Counted from the first letter of the stretch, positions 1-25,150 are shown. The stretch is DNA of 64,000 nucleotides from Eledone cirrhosa (GCA_964016885.1 OZ024762.1:14446001-14510000), one strand, 5' to 3'. The notes: a model not told the origin generated them from the letters alone. Program-made: numbers and translations.

Positions 1-450
1 TGTAGATCCCACATAGTACCACTTCTGTCTATCCGATTCGATAGTACATTTGTATACGATGTTGCGTTCAAGACACTGGTTGTTCAACGGACACATTCCT
101 GGTTGGACACAGTTGCAATTACAATTTTGCGTTGTTGTATTGCCATGGATGGGTTGATGAGGTTGCTTATGTAGAACAGGATGTTGTTTGTTGTTTTGTG
201 ATGTTATAGCTAATGTTTTACGTGTATTGTTATGTCTTGGAAGGCGTTTATACAACCGTTTTGCGTTAAGCATTTTTATATGTTGTTCAATATTAGGGGC
301 GGTTGAATATGAAAGTCGGATGGTGTTAGGGTTTAAGATTTTATTATATTTATGTGATGTTGGAAAGTGTTTTCTAACTAATCGAAAGAATTTTGAGGGT
401 AGATTGGTTTTAATAGATTTGTTATAGACCGGGTTGTACCAGATATACTC
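1..450 (-). mobile_element. Penelope-like retroelement ORF fragment (RT-EN linker and start of GIY-YIG endonuclease), running off the window edge
   Basis: Hand translation 450->1 is open: EYIWYNPVYNKSIKTNLPSKFFRLVRKHFPTSHKYNKILNPNTIRLSYSTAPN...CNCNCVQPGMCPLNNQCLERNIVYKCTIESDRQKWYYVGST. The IW.NP.Y...KTN...F..L..KHFP block, the CPL..CL Cys motif and NIVY...YVG (GIY-YIG) are typical of PLE proteins. Confidence 0.85.
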
Positions 451-708
451 CTTATACATTTGCTATCGAATACTTGCTAACATTATATGATTACGCAAGC
501 AGCGATACATAGGTATTCGGTCTGTTACAGAAACATATGTCAATACCTAATAAATTCCTTTTTTAACAAAAGCACTTTCATTTTATATTCATCCTTTCTA
601 CATTTCTCCGGAATATAATTTATACTCGTTGAGCAAACCTGCACGTACGCTGTTCATCTCTAACGTAACGATATATTATCACTACATTATTGATAACCTG
701 AAATTTTA

Positions 709-739
<31 letters not shown>

Positions 740-740
<1 letters not shown>

Positions 741-878
741 ACGAAGGAAATGTGGTAAGGAACCAGGTGGACCATAACGCACCAAAGTACTCAATACTTG
801 AGGTAGTAGAGTGGGTAATAGGAACCAGTAAGACCCCGACAGCTGAGCTCAAGCCGTTTCGACGGCTAATTCTGGACG
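740..878 (+). mobile_element. Short dispersed repeat (probable PLE terminal fragment) flanked by (TA)n
   Basis: ACGAAGGAAATGTGGTAAGGAACCAGG...GAGCTCAAGCCGTTTCGACGG recurs at ~19541-19735(-), 37167-37250(+) and 49776-49941(-). Related copies lie at 41520-41690 and 43410-43660. Confidence 0.7.
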
Positions 879-1078
879 NNNNNNNNNNNNNNNNNNNNNN
901 NNNNNNNNNNNNNNNNNNNNNNNNNNNNNNNNNNNNNNNNNNNNNNNNNNNNNNNNNNNNNNNNNNNNNNNNNNNNNNNNNNNNNNNNNNNNNNNNNNNN
1001 NNNNNNNNNNNNNNNNNNNNNNNNNNNNNNNNNNNNNNNNNNNNNNNNNNNNNNNNNNNNNNNNNNNNNNNNNNNNNN
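879..1078. other. Assembly gap (200 N)
   Basis: Run of exactly 200 N, which looks like a fixed-size scaffolding gap. Confidence 0.99.
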
Positions 1079-1096
1079 ATATATATGATATATATA

Positions 1097-1138
<42 letters not shown>

Positions 1139-1343
1139 GGAGAATAGAGGAAAGGTGTTCCTCAAAAAACCAGTATGACTCTAAAAACCGGTTTGTCTGT
1201 GTGTTTACATACAGAATAGCTGGCCACTCACAGTAAAGTGACCAGTGAAAAAACTTAGTACATCTACATATGTATACGTGTGTGTATTCATATACATACT
1301 AGTATTTCAGTATACATATATGGATGTACATCATTAACTTAAT

Positions 1344-4930
<3,587 letters not shown>

Positions 4931-5264
4931 GATTTGTCTAAACATTGCGTATTTTAAAAGACACAATGTTTAGACAAATCACAGAGGCAATAAACATAAA
5001 AGAATTACAACCAAAATTAAATAGAAAACATGAATGGAACAGCAACATCACAACTTACAATTAAGGACAAAATGAAAATACACACGCACATAGAACAAAC
5101 AACCAACCTGTAACATGTAAATAAACAAATAAATAAACGAATATAAACACACACAGACACCCGGATGTGGCGCATGCGCAGACTGAGCACACAACACACA
5201 CACAGAAACAAGATGGCGTAGGACAGAACAAAGGAGAGCCACAAAAACAAAGAAAAGAATCCCC

Positions 5265-5309
5265 TGTCACTGAAGAGGTCACAGAATTTGTGACGAAAGA
5301 ACTTTGACA
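5265..5309 (+). ncRNA. Minimal type I hammerhead ribozyme-like motif
   Basis: TGTCA-CTGAAGA-G-GTCACA(gaatt)TGTGAC-GAAA-GAAC-TT-TGACA. Stem I is TGTCA/TGACA, the core boxes are CUGANGA and GAAA, stem II is 6 bp and stem III is minimal. Confidence 0.6.
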
Positions 5310-5516
5310 ATATATAAACCACCATCTGGTTGTGGAACCAACCAACCAACCGGATATTTATAAATTCCTAATTTATAAATTTATTATAATAAATTGGAGT
5401 GAAAACAACTGGTGCGTGTGTTTCTTATTGGCAACATGACCCTCCCAAAGTATAACAATATCGGTTTCAACACACGTTTTCAGATAAAGAATGTTGCTAA
5501 ACAAATTCAGAAACGA

Positions 5517-5556
<40 letters not shown>

Positions 5557-5634
5557 CAGATCATCAGAGACAACTACAAAAATGCCCGGTAAATTTACAA
5601 ATTCAAATTACACCATCATTAATAATATTAATAA

Positions 5635-5820
5635 TTGTTTCTACTTTAGGCACAATGCCAGCAATTACCCAGTGCATTACTGGTACTTTATTTTATCGAC
5701 CCCGTAAGGATGAAAGGCAAAGTCAACCTCGGCGGGATTTGAACTCAGATCGTAAAGGGACGTAACTATGCTGCAAAGCATGGCGTCCGACCCTCTACCG
5801 ATTCTGCCAATCCACCGCCC
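5635..5820 (-). mobile_element. tRNA-derived SINE (family 1)
   Basis: The minus strand has a Pol III A-box-like TGGCAGAATCGG and B-box GAGTTCAAATCC, followed by the body GACTTTGCCTTTCATCCTTACGGGGTCGATAAAATAAAGTACCAG. Further copies lie at ~20107-20286, 22850-23062, 30682-30765, 33397-33605, 38345-38450, 40910-41250, 44240-44410, 45180-45340 and 48005-48290. Confidence 0.85.
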
Positions 5821-5910
5821 TTAATAATATTAATAATAATGATAGAGAGAGAAAAAAAGATAGAGAGATAGATAAAAGAACAACAACGATGACCCATGTG
5901 TGAAATATTT

Positions 5911-6046
5911 TTAATAAAATGGTGCCTTTGGTACTTTCTTCTTCCAGGTCCCTTCTATAAGGGTTCGCATCATATCAAGTTCCTTATCAGTTTCCTTTAT
6001 GCTTTGTTGCATCTTGATCAAATACCCTCTTGGGATGTTGGTTTTA
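5911..6046 (-). CDS. CFAP45: CFAP45-like gene A, coding exon 8 (terminal)
   Basis: Acceptor ttttcag|T. Phase 2 from exon 7 gives (S)KTNIPRGYLIKMQQSIKETDKELDMMRTLIEGTWKKKVPKAPFY*, with TAA at 5913-5911. It aligns with the CFAP45 C-terminal G.P..Y motif. Confidence 0.8.
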
Positions 6047-6159
6047 CTGAAAATATATAATGGTAGTAAAGACGTTTAATATATATACATGTATATATTC
6101 ATATATATATGTATATATATATATATATATATATTTTTATATTTTATATTTTATATATA

Positions 6160-6630
6160 TGCTTAAAGGCTCTCTAAAATTTTAATTCTTCGAAGGGTCT
6201 CTCGGAGGAAGTTCCTATTAAAAATATTAAAGGGGCCTTTTCTGAGAGATTTATAGAAGGCTCTTTGAATTAACCTTTAAGTGATGAGTTTCTTTCAACT
6301 TAGTAGGGAATATCAAAACTTCGTAAGTTTTCAGAAATTTGTAAACGTGATCTCGGGGGAAGAAGGTTATCTTTTCTTTGGGAAAAATTTTTTTTATCTC
6401 GAAGGAATTTCATAGGAAACTTTATATTTATTAGGGAAACTTTATATTTTTATTTTTTATTTTATTAGCCTGTTAATTTCTTCTAGTTTATTAGGCTTAA
6501 TGGAGCCTGTAAGCTTTATGCACTTATTGAGGGATTTTTTAAGGTGCTTCTACGGGATCCCAAGTCTTTTAGTTTACTGTTAATGCGTAAATTATATATT
6601 ATCTAATTTTTAACCTTCAATCCCTGACCC
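6160..6630 (-). mobile_element. Degenerate transposon-like ORF remnant (possibly PLE N-terminal region)
   Basis: Broken A-rich reading frames contain NFREP, reminiscent of PLE KG.kfREP motifs. Many stops are present and the similarity is weak. Confidence 0.3.
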
Positions 6631-6970
6631 CGACAACTAATATAAAAGAGCCCCCTTAGAATATAGACCCCAACTATACAAGCGGAGCTGCTGATGTATA
6701 CCACAATTTCAAACTGCTAGCCTTGAGTGATACGTTGATGTAAATAATGATCTTACAATCACATGTTATATGCCTTGAAAAGTCCCACCATATGGTCGGA
6801 CGAAACGGTTGTCGGCAATAAACTCGTTGTAATGTCATAATAGTTCCTTTGTTCTTTTTCACTAATATTTCTGCTCTGCGTATACGCATAGAGCTTAACT
6901 AGCTACCGTCACATATTTGGTAGGTCAGACGTGATCATCGCGATTCACATACGACCTACCATACATCTTG

Positions 6971-7035
<65 letters not shown>

Positions 7036-7551
7036 GAAAACGAAGAATCAGTGATGCATCGGAACACAATTTATTAGACATTACAACTGTTTCTCCGGCG
7101 AACAGCTCGAGATAAGATCTGTATGTGGATCGAACCTGACTCTGGATTCGCAAGTTCCTCAGATACGTCCGGTGATTTCGAAGCAAATTCTCTTTCTGCA
7201 GGGCTCTGACCCTTCGAATCTATATCATCTGCCTTCATCCTGTTCCGCGGCCCTTAGATTGGTCGATGGTTCGTGACGTATGTATATGTATGGGGAGGCT
7301 GCCAAGCAAAGGATTGGCAGGCGAAATACTAAGAACTCTACTACACACAGCAGTAATTTTGCCGATGGGATTGGAGTGAGTGAGAGCTCACGTCTGAATG
7401 GAGATGGCCAGCGGTCAAGAACTATGATGACGTTACGAACACACACACACACCTATATGCCTGGACTCGTGACCGATAGATGATATTAGCTATTAGAAAG
7501 ACGAATGGAAACATTGTTTCCTCTGTCCAATTTGAGAAAGTCGATAGATTG

Positions 7552-7604
<53 letters not shown>

Positions 7605-7684
7605 TAACATAACAGATTAAAGTTTAAGCAAAGAATCGCTGCTTTCACCCTTAACGGGATCTTCTGAATTTCAGAAGATCCCGT

Positions 7685-12686
<5,002 letters not shown>

Positions 12687-13291
12687 TGGTGGCTGCCAAC
12701 TCGTTTTCGAGTACGGCCACTACTTTATATCCATGTAGGAGAACCCCTACCGATGCGCTGAACGAGTGTGACTTTTTAGTCCAGCCAGCGACTTGAAAAC
12801 TCTGGTACAAACACTACACTTGTGACAATTACTGACACATAGTGCTGGGCCCATGGTACCATGTGACGACAAGTGCAGAGAGATCTCCAGATATAAAGCA
12901 ATGCCTGTGCCGTGAAGCTTTTAGTGAGCAAAGGCACTGCACAAAGCCAGTCCCACTCTCTTAACCAAGATGATATTTACCAAAAAGAAGAACAAGTCAA
13001 CATCATTGGATACCATCAGGGTTGCAGGTGTTATATCAGAGTTCCTAGAATTCTGCCTTGACAAAGGCTAAGGGGTCATCTCTCCCGGTGATTTTGGATG
13101 GCCATTGACTCTTAAGAACTCCTTTGCCCTTTGACAGGTTTTGTTTGTAGTCCTGCAGGATGTCCAAAGTCACCCTCCTCACCAAGAAACCTTGGTGGGG
13201 TTGCCAGGTGTAGTCGCCAACGACCCGACCATGGGACAGGGGTTGTACTGGGATACATGTTACCAGTAGCACCAACTGGTGACCTGACCAT
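12687..13291 (-). mobile_element. ~600-bp non-coding repeat element, copy 1 of 3 (RTE-LINE 5'UTR-like)
   Basis: Near-identical copies lie at 17248-17855 and 17904-18491, each bounded by (TA)n. The minus strand of copies 2 and 3 has CTAGGAGAAGGAAAACTCTGA, which I recall from RTE-type LINE 5' regions. Copy 1 has a short deletion there. Confidence 0.65.
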
Positions 13292-17247
<3,956 letters not shown>

Positions 17248-17855
17248 TGGTGGCTGCCAACTCGTTTTCGAGTACGGCCACTACTTTATATCCATGTAGA
17301 ACTCCTACCGATGCGCTGAACGAGTGTGACTGTTTAGTCCAGCCAGCGACTTGAAAACTCTGGTACAAACACTACACCTGTGACAATTATTGACATATAG
17401 TGCTGGGCCCATGGTACCATGTGACGGCAAGTGCAGAGAGATCTCCAGATATAAAGCAATGCCTGTGCCGTGAAGCTTTTATAGTGAGCAAAGGCACTGC
17501 ACAAAGCCAGTCCCACTCTCTTAACCAAGATGATATTTACCAAAAAGAAGAACAAGTTAACATCATTGGATACCATCAGGGTTGCAGGTGTTATATCAGA
17601 GTTTTCCTTCTCCTAGAATTCTGCCTTGACAAAGGCTAAGGGGTCATCTCTCCCGGTGATTTTGGATGGCCATTGACTCTTAAGAGCTCCTTTGCCCTTT
17701 GACAGGTTTTGTTTTTATTCCTGCAGGATGTCCAAAGTCACCCTCCTCACCAAGAAACCTTGGTGGGGTTGCCAGTTTAGTCGCCAACGACCCGACCATG
17801 AGACAGGTTGTACTGGGATACATGTTACCAGTAGCACCAACTGGTGACCTGACAT
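17248..17855 (-). mobile_element. ~600-bp repeat element, copy 2
   Basis: Near-identical to 12687-13291 (TGGTGGCTGCCAACTCG...GTGACCTGAC). Confidence 0.7.
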
Positions 17856-17866
17856 AATATATATAC

Positions 17867-17898
<32 letters not shown>

Positions 17899-17903
17899 TC
17901 ATA

Positions 17904-18491
17904 TGGTGGCTGCCAACTCGTTTTCGAGTACGGCCACTACTTTATATCCATGTAGGAGAACCCCTACCGATGCGCTGAACGACTGTGACTTTTTAGTCCA
18001 GCCGGCGACTTGAAAACTCTGGTACAAACACTACACTTGTGACAACTATTGACACATAGTGCTGGGACCATGGTACCATGTGACGACAAGTGCGGAGAGA
18101 TCTCCAGATATAAAGCAATGCCTGTGCCGTGAAGCTTTTATAGTGAGCAAAGGCACTGCACAAAGCCAGTCCCACTCTCTTAACCAAGATGATATTTACC
18201 AAAAAGAAGAACAAGTCAACATCATTGGATACCATCAGGGCTGCAGGTGTTATATCAGAGTTTTCCTTCTCCTAGAATTCTGCCTTGACAAAGGCTAAGG
18301 GGTCATCTCTCCCAGTGATTTTGGATGGCCATTGACTCTTAAGAGCTCCTTTGCCCTTTGACAGGTTTTGTTTTTAGTCCTGCAGGATGTCCAAAGTCAT
18401 CCTCCTCACCAAGAAACCTTGGTGGGGTTGCCAGTTTTAGTCGCCAACGACACGACCATGAGACAGGTTGTACTGGGATACATGTTACCAG
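17904..18491 (-). mobile_element. ~600-bp repeat element, copy 3
   Basis: Near-identical to copies 1 and 2, and slightly truncated at the right end. Confidence 0.7.
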
Positions 18492-19372
18492 TATATATAT
18501 ACGTATATGTATATATATATTCATATATATACGTATATATATATTCATATATATATATATATATATACATATAAATATATATATATATACGTATATATAT
18601 ATTCATATATATATATATACATACGTATATATATATTCATATATATATATATATATATACATACGTATATATATATTCATATATATATATATATATACAT
18701 ACGTATATATATATTCATATATATATATATATATACATACGTATATATATATTCATATATATATATATATATACATACGTATATATATATTCATATATAT
18801 ATATATATACATACGTATATATATATTCATATATATATATATATACATACGTATATATATATTCATATATATATATACATATATACACATATATATACAT
18901 ATATACATACATACACATATATATATACATATATATATACATATATACATACATACACATATATATATACATATATACATACATATATATATATATACAT
19001 ATATACATACATATATATATATATACATATATACATACATATATATATATATACATATATACATACATATATACATACATATATATATACATATATATAT
19101 ATATATACATATATATATATGTAAATAAATATATATATATATATATGTGTGTATATATATATATAAATATACATATAAATAAATATATATATATATTTAA
19201 ATATATATATATACATATACATATATATATATATAAATATATATACATATATATATATACATATACATATACATATATATATATACATATACATATATAT
19301 ATACATATATATATACATATATATATATATATAAATATATATATATATACATATACATATATATATATAAAC

Positions 19373-19403
<31 letters not shown>

Positions 19404-19420
19404 CATACATATATATATAT
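18492..19420. repeat. (TA)n-derived microsatellite/minisatellite
   Basis: TA tract with recurring CATACGTATATATATATTCAT units. Confidence 0.95.
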
Positions 19421-19821
19421 TGTCGAGTGCTTTGAATAAGTTATAAACTAGTATATTTCTTGAATACATGTGTATTTGTTGAAATATATATATATATAAA
19501 TGGAAAAGAATGAAACGAAATTTCATATATATATATATATGGAAAATGTATGACCCCAACGGCAGAGCTCAAGCCGTCTCGACGGCTATTTCTGGACTCC
19601 AGAAATAGCCGTCGAAAGGGCTTGAGCTCTGCCGTTGGGGTCATACATTTTCCTATTACCCACTCTACTACCCTACGTGTTGTGTACTCTGGTGCGTTAT
19701 GGTCCATCTGGTTCCTTACCACAACTCCTTCGTTATATATATATATATATATACATACATACATATATATACATATATATATACATACATATATACACAT
19801 ATATATATACATACATATATA

Positions 19822-19852
<31 letters not shown>

Positions 19853-19860
19853 ACATATAT

Positions 19861-19899
<39 letters not shown>

Positions 19900-19983
19900 G
19901 GAAAAATTTGAGCAGGGACAAAACAGAGAGGCAGTACAACGAATGTTTATTAATTTCAAGCTCTGGAGAGTGGGGTGTATACC

Positions 19984-20077
19984 TCTTGTTGTTACTGATA
20001 TAGAGCTCAAAGAGACGCCATGGCAAGGGAGAAGAAAGTGGAAGACGAAGCGCATGCGCGATCACGGGACGTGATAA
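19984..20077 (+). repeat. Inverted duplicate of gene A exon 7 acceptor and 5' part
   Basis: Reverse complement of 20492-20585 with 3 mismatches over ~94 nt. Confidence 0.95.
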
Positions 20078-20340
20078 GAAAAAGTGATATAAACAATATA
20101 TATATATTGTTTCTACTTTAGGCACAAAGCCAGCAATTACCCAGTGCATTACTGGTACTTTATTTTATCGACCCCGTAAGGATGAAAGGCAAAGTCAACC
20201 TCGGCGGGATTTGAACTCAGATGGTAAAGGGACGTAACTATGCTGGAAACCTTGGCGTCCGACCCTCTACTGCCAATCCACCGCCTATAAACAATATATA
20301 TATATTAACTGTTATTTTGCATTATAATATTGGCCCTTAC

Positions 20341-20565
20341 CTAATCTCATTCAGTTTCTGCTGTTTGGATTCCCTAATCTTCAATTTGTGTTGGTAAAGT
20401 TCCTCCTTCAGCCGTTTGCCCTCTTCATAGTTTCCTTTCCTCTCGTTGATTTTGTCCATTTCTTTCTCTCTTATTTGTGACTGAACCTTTTTTATCACTT
20501 CCCGTGATCGCGCATGCGCTTCGTCTTCCTCTTTCTTCTCCCTTGCCATGGCGTCTCTTTGAGCT
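20341..20565 (-). CDS. CFAP45: CFAP45-like gene A, coding exon 7 (225 nt)
   Basis: tatag|A...ATTAG|gtaag. Encodes (K)[74 protein letters not shown], matching the CFAP45 'FEEGRRLKEE...KKLEELR' region. Confidence 0.9.
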
Positions 20566-20584
20566 CTATATCATTAACAACAAG

Positions 20585-20615
<31 letters not shown>

Positions 20616-20868
20616 CGTATGCATATATATATATATATGTGTGTGTGTATGTGTGTGTGTGTGTGTGTATGCATATATATATATATATATATGTTTATCC
20701 CGGGTCCAATCGGGTGTAATACAAACTGGAGTATAAATACTCAATGTAGAACGGCTTCTACAGGACTAGAACTGTTTCATTCCGGAGAAATCATCATGAG
20801 GCCCTGATGATTTCTCCAGAATGAAACAGTTCTAGTCCTGTAGAAGCCTTTCTACGTGAAATATATAT

Positions 20869-20944
<76 letters not shown>

Positions 20945-21262
20945 AATATATTTATGTATTATCTTACAACGGTTTTTTTTCATTTCTCTCTGTGAGACAG
21001 TGTTTCTCAGTATTAAAGGTTATCTCTCTCTCTCACTCATTTTCTCCTCCTCCCTCATCCTTCCTTCTTATACTCCTCCTCCGTCATCCTTTCCTTATTA
21101 TTTTTTTTTTTTCTTATTATATTCTTTCTTCCTCACCCCCCCCCCCCCCCCTTTCTTTCCTTTTTTTCAAAATCTCATATACCCATCTTATTTTATTTTT
21201 CCTATGTTGATTTAACACTTCACTGCTCGCAAGTGTTTTTTAAGCTTCATAACATGTCTCCC

Positions 21263-21333
21263 TATTTTATCTGATGAGAACGCAAATATCATCCCATGAT
21301 GATATTTGTTTTTGAAATGCGCATAATAAAATA
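21263..21333 (+). ncRNA. Minimal type I hammerhead ribozyme
   Basis: TATTTTAT-CTGATGA-GAACGCAAATATCATC(ccat)GATGATATTTGTTTTT-GAAA-TGCGCA-TA-ATAAAATA. It has an 8-bp stem I, a long stem II, a palindromic stem III (TGCGCA) and an AUA cleavage triplet at 21323-21325. Confidence 0.85.
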
Positions 21334-21452
21334 CATGGAACTCTTTTAACCATCTTTTGATTTTATATTATTTATACTCCAGTCCTATAAACTGTTGAGT
21401 GCTACTTATCCGATATTTGCATTGCTTTATTGTGCTACAATAAAACTCACTT

Positions 21453-21507
<55 letters not shown>

Positions 21508-21581
21508 AGACGGCTTCCAAAAGTAATGGTTGCCTCTAATAGGGTACGTCAAAATTATTTATTAAACTGTTTATATATTGT

Positions 21582-21644
21582 ATTTTGTCTGATGATGGCA
21601 TACCATAATTTAATTTGGTATCCCTGAAATATGTATAATGAAAT
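21582..21644 (+). ncRNA. Minimal hammerhead ribozyme, partly degenerate
   Basis: ATTTTGT-CTGATGA-TGGCATACCA...TGGTATCCCT-GAAA-TATGTA-TA-ATGAAAT. The first stem II pair is U.U. Confidence 0.6.
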
Positions 21645-21686
21645 TAATATGGTTTTATAAATATAGTTTCCATTTATTTAATATCG

Positions 21687-21717
<31 letters not shown>

Positions 21718-21744
21718 ATGTTAGGTAATTCCGAAGAAAAAAAC

Positions 21745-22508
21745 ACTACCAATAACCACATCTACACCTACAACAACAACACCACCACCAACACCACCAC
21801 CAACACCACCACTAACAACAACAACAACACCAACACCACCAACCACAACAACACCACCACTAACAACACCAACAACACCACCACCACCTACACCACCACC
21901 ACCACCACCAACACCTACACTACCACCACCACCACCCACACCACCAACACCACCCACACCACCAACACCACCACCACCACCACCACCCACACCACCAACA
22001 ACAACACCACCAACACCACCACCACCAACACCACCACCAACACCATCACCAATAACAACACCACCAACACCACCACCACCAACACCACCACCACCACCAC
22101 CTACACCAACAACACCACCACCACCACCACCCACACCACGAACACCAACACCACCACCCACACCAACAACAACACCAACGACAACACCACCAACACCACC
22201 CACACCACCAACAACACCACCACCACCAACACCACCAACAACAACACCACCAACACCACCAATAACAACACCACCACCACCAATAACAACACCACCAACA
22301 CCACCACCAACACCACCACCACCACCACCAACACCACCATCACCAACACCAACAACACCACCAACAACAACAACACCACCACCACCACCCACACCACCAC
22401 CACCCACACCACCAACAACACCACCACCAACACCACCAACATCACCACCACCACCACCCACACCACCAATAACAAAATAACAACAACACCACCACCCACA
22501 ACAACAAC
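21745..22508. repeat. (ACC/AAC)n trinucleotide repeat next to the exon 6 donor
   Basis: Directly visible. It produces the T/N-rich and G/V-rich spurious ORFs. Confidence 0.97.
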
Positions 22509-22512
22509 TTAC

Positions 22513-22820
22513 TTTAAAATACCCTCGAACTCTGCACGATCATTTTCAACCTGAAGCGCCAATTTGTATTCCTTGTGTTTTCGCTGATGGATTCTGTGAT
22601 TAATCAACATGGCTTCACTCTCTTTTTTCTTCTTAGCCTCTTCAAGTTCTTTGCGTCGCCATTCCTTCTCGATGCGATTATTTTCTCGCATCACCAGCAC
22701 GCCCTCTCTCTCCTTTTTCATGTCTGTCACCCTTTCGTGAAGGATTCTCAGCTTATCGATCTCCAAATCTTTTACGCGTCTGATCCTCTGCTGTTCAGCT
22801 GCGTAAGCGGCCTCTCTGTC
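22513..22820 (-). CDS. CFAP45: CFAP45-like gene A, coding exon 6 (308 nt)
   Basis: accag|GAC...TTAAA|gtaag. Encodes DREAAYAAEQQRIRRVKDLEIDKLRILHERVTDMKKEREGVLVMRENNRIEKEWRRKELEEAKKKKESEAML...LALQVENDRAEFEGIL, matching CFAP45 'REAEFEAEQERIRREKEKEIARLR...EWRRKE...EFERIL'. Confidence 0.93.
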
Positions 22821-23096
22821 CTGGTTGTGAAATAATGGTGGCTTTATTTAGGCACAAGGCCAGCAATTTTTTTTTTGTGTGTGGGGGGGGGGGTCGATTA
22901 AATCGACCCCAGTGCGTGACTGGTACTTTATTTTATCGACCGGTAAGGTTGAAAGGCAAAGTTAACCTCGGCGGGATTTGAAATCAGATCATAAAGGGCT
23001 GTAACTCTATGCTACAAAGCGTGGCGTCCGACCCTCTACCGATTCTGCCAATCCACCGCCCTCTGGTAGTGAAATAATAAAATCGAATTAAATTCT

Positions 23097-23162
23097 GTGT
23101 GTGTGTGTGTGTGTGTGTGAGTGTGAGTGTGTGTGAGTGTGAGTGTGTGTGAGTGTGAGTGA

Positions 23163-23201
<39 letters not shown>

Positions 23202-23439
23202 AGTGTGTGTAAGTGTGTGTGTGTGTGTGTGTAAGTGTGTGTGTGAGTGTGTGTGTTTGTAAGTGTGTCTGTAAGTGTGTCTGTGTGTGTGTGTTTGTGA
23301 GCGTGAGTGTCTGTGTGCGTGTGTGTGTGTTTGCGTGTGTATCTGTGTTTGTGCGTGTGAGAGACACGGGATGAGAATGATGGTGATGGTGATGGTGATG
23401 GTGATGATGACGACGTTGATGATGATGATGCTGGTGGTA

Positions 23440-23472
<33 letters not shown>

Positions 23473-23616
23473 TTGATGATTATGACGTCAACGGCGACGA
23501 CGATGATGATAGTAATGATGATGATGGTAATGATGATTATGATGGTAATGCTGATGGTGATGATGATGGCGATGATGATGGTAATGGTGGCCGTAATGAT
23601 GGTGGTGATGATGATG
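23097..23616. repeat. (GT)n followed by (GAT)n microsatellites
   Basis: Directly visible. Confidence 0.95.
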
Positions 23617-23654
23617 GATTAGACGTGGTTAGAAAGAGAGGAGAGTTCTTTTAC

Positions 23655-23762
23655 CGCTTTTGTCTTCTGGTATTCCAGAATCTTTTGGTCCTCGGCTTCC
23701 CCCAGAGCCTTCTGCTGGGCCTTGTAAATAAGGGCCAACTCATTGCTCTGGTTCATGGCGTG
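23655..23762 (-). CDS. CFAP45: CFAP45-like gene A, coding exon 5 (108 nt)
   Basis: cccag|CAC...GCG|gtaaaa. Encodes HAMNQSNELALIYKAQQKALGEAEDQKILEYQKTKA, phase 0/0. Confidence 0.88.
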
Positions 23763-24184
23763 CTGGGAAGGAACGAGATATGGAATGAGAGAAGAGAAGG
23801 AAGAAAGTAAGAAAGTAAGAAAGATACAGAGAAAGGAAAGAAAGGGAGAAAGGGAGAAAGAAAGAAAGGGAAAAAGAAAGAAAGAAAGAAAGAAAGAAGG
23901 AAAGAGAGGAAAGAAAGAAAGAAGGAAAGAGAGAAAAGGAGAAAGAAAGAAAGGGAGAAAGGGGGAAAGGGAGAGAGAAAGAAAGAAATTAAGAAAGTAA
24001 GAAACAAAGAGAAAAGGGAAGGAAAGAAAGAAATTAAGAAAGTAAGAAAGCGAGAGGGAAAAAGAAGGCAAGAAAGAGACCAAGTAAGAAAGAAAGAAAA
24101 AAGAAAATAAGAAAAAAGATAGAAAGAAGAAAGAAAGAGAAGAAAAATAAAGTAAGAAAGAGAAGAAAAAACTGCAAGACGTAC

Positions 24185-24532
24185 AAATATGTCTTTTTGC
24201 TTTCGTCTGATCTTTTGCTCGTCTTCAATGTCGAGCGCAGTCAAGTCCTCAAAATGTTGCATAACTTTGGCATGCTCTTGTTCTTTGGCCTCCATTTCCA
24301 ACACTTTGTCCCACTCATGTTGGGCGATCTGATCGCGAATTTCCTCATTGATCTGTTTTCTCAGTTGTTTGCGCTGTTTCTGCAGGTTTTCTTGGTACTT
24401 CGTGTTCACGTCGTAGTCGTCCTGCATCAGTTTTCTCAAACGTTTGTCTTCAGCTATTTTCTGTTTTTCAATAATCTGTTTCTCTTCCAATTGAATATCA
24501 TGAATGGCGTTCGTTTTGGCTTCTTCCATTAA
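24185..24532 (-). CDS. CFAP45: CFAP45-like gene A, coding exon 4 (348 nt)
   Basis: ttgcag|TTA...TTT|gtacgt. Encodes LMEEAKTNAIHDIQLEEKQIIEKQKIAEDKRLRKLMQ...KQKDIF, matching CFAP45 'NAKCHAIRDAQILEKQQIQKE...EEKRLDQMME'. Confidence 0.92.
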
Positions 24533-24719
24533 CTGCAAAGTGAAAACAAGACGGTAATAAGGGTTTTTCACTATAGGCCGAGGCCAGCAGTTTGGGGGAA
24601 AGGGAAGTTGATTAGATAGACCCCAGTATGTGTGTGTGACAGCTCACACCTATGCAGGTTTAGCTGGCCTCCTCCAATGTATATCTTGTTGGAGGTGTCT
24701 TGGGTGATTTAATGATAGG

Positions 24720-24880
24720 GACCCCAGTCCTATCATCTCATTTCTACAGCTGAGTAAACTGGAGCAATGTGAAATAAAGTGTCTTGCTCAAGGAAACAAC
24801 ACATCACCCGGTCCGAGAATTGAACTCACAACATTTCGATTGCAAGCCCATTGCTCTAACCACTAAGCCATGCACCTTCA
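24720..24880 (-). mobile_element. tRNA-derived SINE (family 2)
   Basis: The minus strand has TGGCTTAGTGG (A box) and GAGTTCAATTC (B box), then the body TTTCCTTGAGCAAGACACTTTATTTCAC. Copies lie at 37715-37835(-) and 52088-52255(+). Confidence 0.8.
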
Positions 24881-25150
24881 CATGTGACTGGTATTAATGG
24901 CGTCCGTTTTGACTTCTTCGATGCATCCCCCAAAACTGAGGCCATCACCTTCCCTGCAAATGAAATGACTGTGGCCTTCTTTTGAGCAAGTGAGGAGGAG
25001 TGTTTCCACTGCATGGATTGTCTCTCTGTCTCTGACACAAAGTGATGAAATTAACACTCGTCCTGGGTTAGGAAACGTTCAAGGAAACCAACTGGATAGC
25101 AATTTGGGGGAGAAGAAAAGTCGATTAGATCGGCCTCAGTATGTGACTGG

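Noticed and set aside
17400-18298. Duplicated 79-80 aa ORFs
   Set aside because: They lie inside the ~600-bp repeat, are disrupted by indels in copy 1 and show no recognisable motif.
21718-22554. Thr/Asn-rich mucin-like and Gly/Val-rich ORFs
   Set aside because: They come from an (ACC/AAC)n trinucleotide repeat in gene A intron 6.
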